Origin: Klebsormidium nitens
Lineage: Eukaryota; Plantae; Klebsormidiophyceae
Direction: 5' to 3'
NCBI GenBank assembly: GCA_000708835.1
Contig: DF237330.1
Location: 1 to 64,000, forward strand
Length of the DNA: 64,000 nucleotides
Shown: in pieces, positions 62,225 to 64,000 of the stretch
How the letters are laid out: each line of letters starts with the position of its first letter
Numbering within the stretch: the first letter of the stretch is position 1
Program-made: the position numbers and the translations under genes
Notes under the pieces: model-generated
What the model was told of the DNA's origin: nothing
Database searches by the model: none
What the model saw: only the letters and a program-made list of their open reading frames with translations

Positions 62225-63784
62225 GGCAATTAGGTCCAACTTCGGTACAAAAATTTAGCTCACATGATCAGATTCGCTTCCCGTTAGCTCCTTTGAAGCG
62301 AAAGGTGATGCACTGTGGCGCAGCATGCGGCGCAGGCGCCGCTGCCAGCAGCCTGAGCTCCTTCCTTATTGGGTGCACCCTTAAGGGCCCTGCCCAAGAT
62401 AACAGTACTTAGCCCACTGCCAAGTCAGCCGGGACTCAGCCTGCTTGATTTTTCAGGTGTTCAAGCTTCAATCAACGCATCAGATTGGACGCATGGCGTC
62501 TGCTGATCTTCTAAGCTGCTCGAGCGCAGGGTGTTACTCATCCTTGGTAAAAGTTGAGTACCTAGTCTGAATGTCTGAAAGGAGAATGACAACCCAGGGC
62601 CAATGACAAGTGTACCTACAGTAACAGCTTCCTTCTGCTTCCACTAGCTGCTGCCACTGGTATCACTGGTTCAGTACGGCGTATAGGTACCTGTAGGCTG
62701 TAGTCTGAGGTAATGATCCGATAACACGAATTATTTTTCCCATTCGTAAAGTCATAGACCCGGATTCCACAGTCAAAAGTTGGGATTTCAAAATGGTTGA
62801 TTAATCATGAAATGGTCCTCAGGAGCCCCAGAATGGCCAAGCTCAGATCTAGATTCCCATTAAATTCCATTACAAATGGCAACATAGGGCATTTTGAGTT
62901 TTGTCAAAATCAGCATAAATAAAGCCGCTTTTCTGGTCGGATTGTCGGAATATAATATGTAATAATAAAAATGGTTCGGAATCACCACGCGTACTAGGTA
63001 GGTATTGTACATGCATGACTCTGTCCCATGATGTCAGGCCCGGTCGGACTGAATCTACCGTACCTAGGTCCTAGTCCGAGACTCCAAGATCTGCCAAATG
63101 TTGCCATTGGTACCGGCCACTCTGATTTCACGTGCGCGTCCATCTTCATGAACGCATGCAAGCCATAAGATCTTCAAGTGCTGCAACCATGGCCTTCCGA
63201 TCAAGTCTTGAGCCCAATCAGGCTGGCCACGTGTATCTCGTGGGACGTCTGAGTCACATGAGCGCACTCCCTCTCAGCCAATCGTGTGCTACTTTGAGGC
63301 AACTTGCATCTGCCGGGCATCTGCCAGGGCCGGTGCCGCTGCCTACCAGCTGTAAACAGGAAAGACTGAGCTGACGCAACATGCTGATCAATAGGGGATC
63401 AACGGCAGCTTTCGTTTCAAATCTTTCAGCCGTCAATGCAATGGCCGCCATGTTGCTAGCCGTCACAACGGCGGGGAAAAAGGGCGGGAGCTGGGCCTTT
63501 TTGAATCTAGGCGTGAGCGGCGTGAGTGAGCTGCCACTGCTTGCATTGGAAGTTGGAGGCTGCTTCTGGGAGTGACAGAGCAGGCTCTGTCAGCAAGCAG
63601 CTAGATTCTGATACCGGTACTGGGCATAAAGCTTTCTTTGGATCTTAAGCAGCCACTCAGAATTGCAGAAGCTTTCTTGAGGGGACAACGTCACCTACGG
63701 TCCAGCCCATCCCAACCTGAAGACATCGCTTCTTGATGGGGTTTTAGACAGCAGTGTTTTACTTTTTTCCTGCAGCCTCTCACA

Positions 63785-64000
63785 ATGAGCTCAGCCGATG
63801 ACGATAATCCCCGCATGATTAGGCGTTCTCAAAGGGAAAGGAAGGAGAATCGAGCGTGGACTCCTACTAAGCAAGTGCAGCGACACGACGTTCCCACTGT
63901 TGACCCTGATGCAGAGACATGTGAGGGATCTGAAGGGGACTCGCACACTCCGATCCGCAATGTGAACGCAAGACCTCGACGGGACTATGTTCCATCGCCG
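63785..64000 (+). CDS. 5' part of an unknown protein, open at the window edge
   Basis: ATG at 63785, 9 nt after a strong acceptor (ttttttcctgcag, 63775). MSSADDDNPRMIRRSQRERKENRAWTPTKQVQRHDVPTVDPDAETCEGSEGDSHTP.. runs 72 codons with no stop before 64000. Confidence 0.55.
   Translation, partial: MSSADDDNPRMIRRSQRERKENRAWTPTKQVQRHDVPTVDPDAETCEGSEGDSHTPIRNVNARPRRDYVPSP

Overview
Eukaryotic, intron-rich DNA with GC3-rich exons and GT-AG introns of about 0.3-1.4 kb. The gene repertoire and style suggest a streptophyte alga such as Klebsormidium (inference; I cannot confirm the species). I spliced six complete genes by hand, checking splice-site phase at every junction: an 8-exon LPR1/CotA-type multicopper oxidase with a Pro-rich N-terminal stalk (+, 2245-9407); a 5-exon group-J bZIP factor (-, 17341-11202); a 5-exon RSH2/3-type ppGpp enzyme (+, 18627-23536); a 14-exon RecQ6/WRN-like helicase (-, 39622-26645); a 14-exon RSH1-type enzyme (+, 40582-52295); and an apparently intact 11-exon Plavaka-type (CMC/CACTA-related) DDE transposase (-, 62224-54948). 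A further ORF opens at 63785 and runs off the window, and there is a 660-N assembly gap. The main observations are: (1) the complete intron-containing Plavaka-like transposase, a family described mainly from fungi; (2) repeated splice-junction echoes, where introns of the host genes carry tandem, progressively decaying copies of the adjacent exon-intron boundary, one of them an in-frame alternative acceptor; (3) two RSH paralogues of different clades bracketing one helicase; (4) dense GTAC clusters in intergenic DNA. All family assignments rest on remembered motifs, not database searches.
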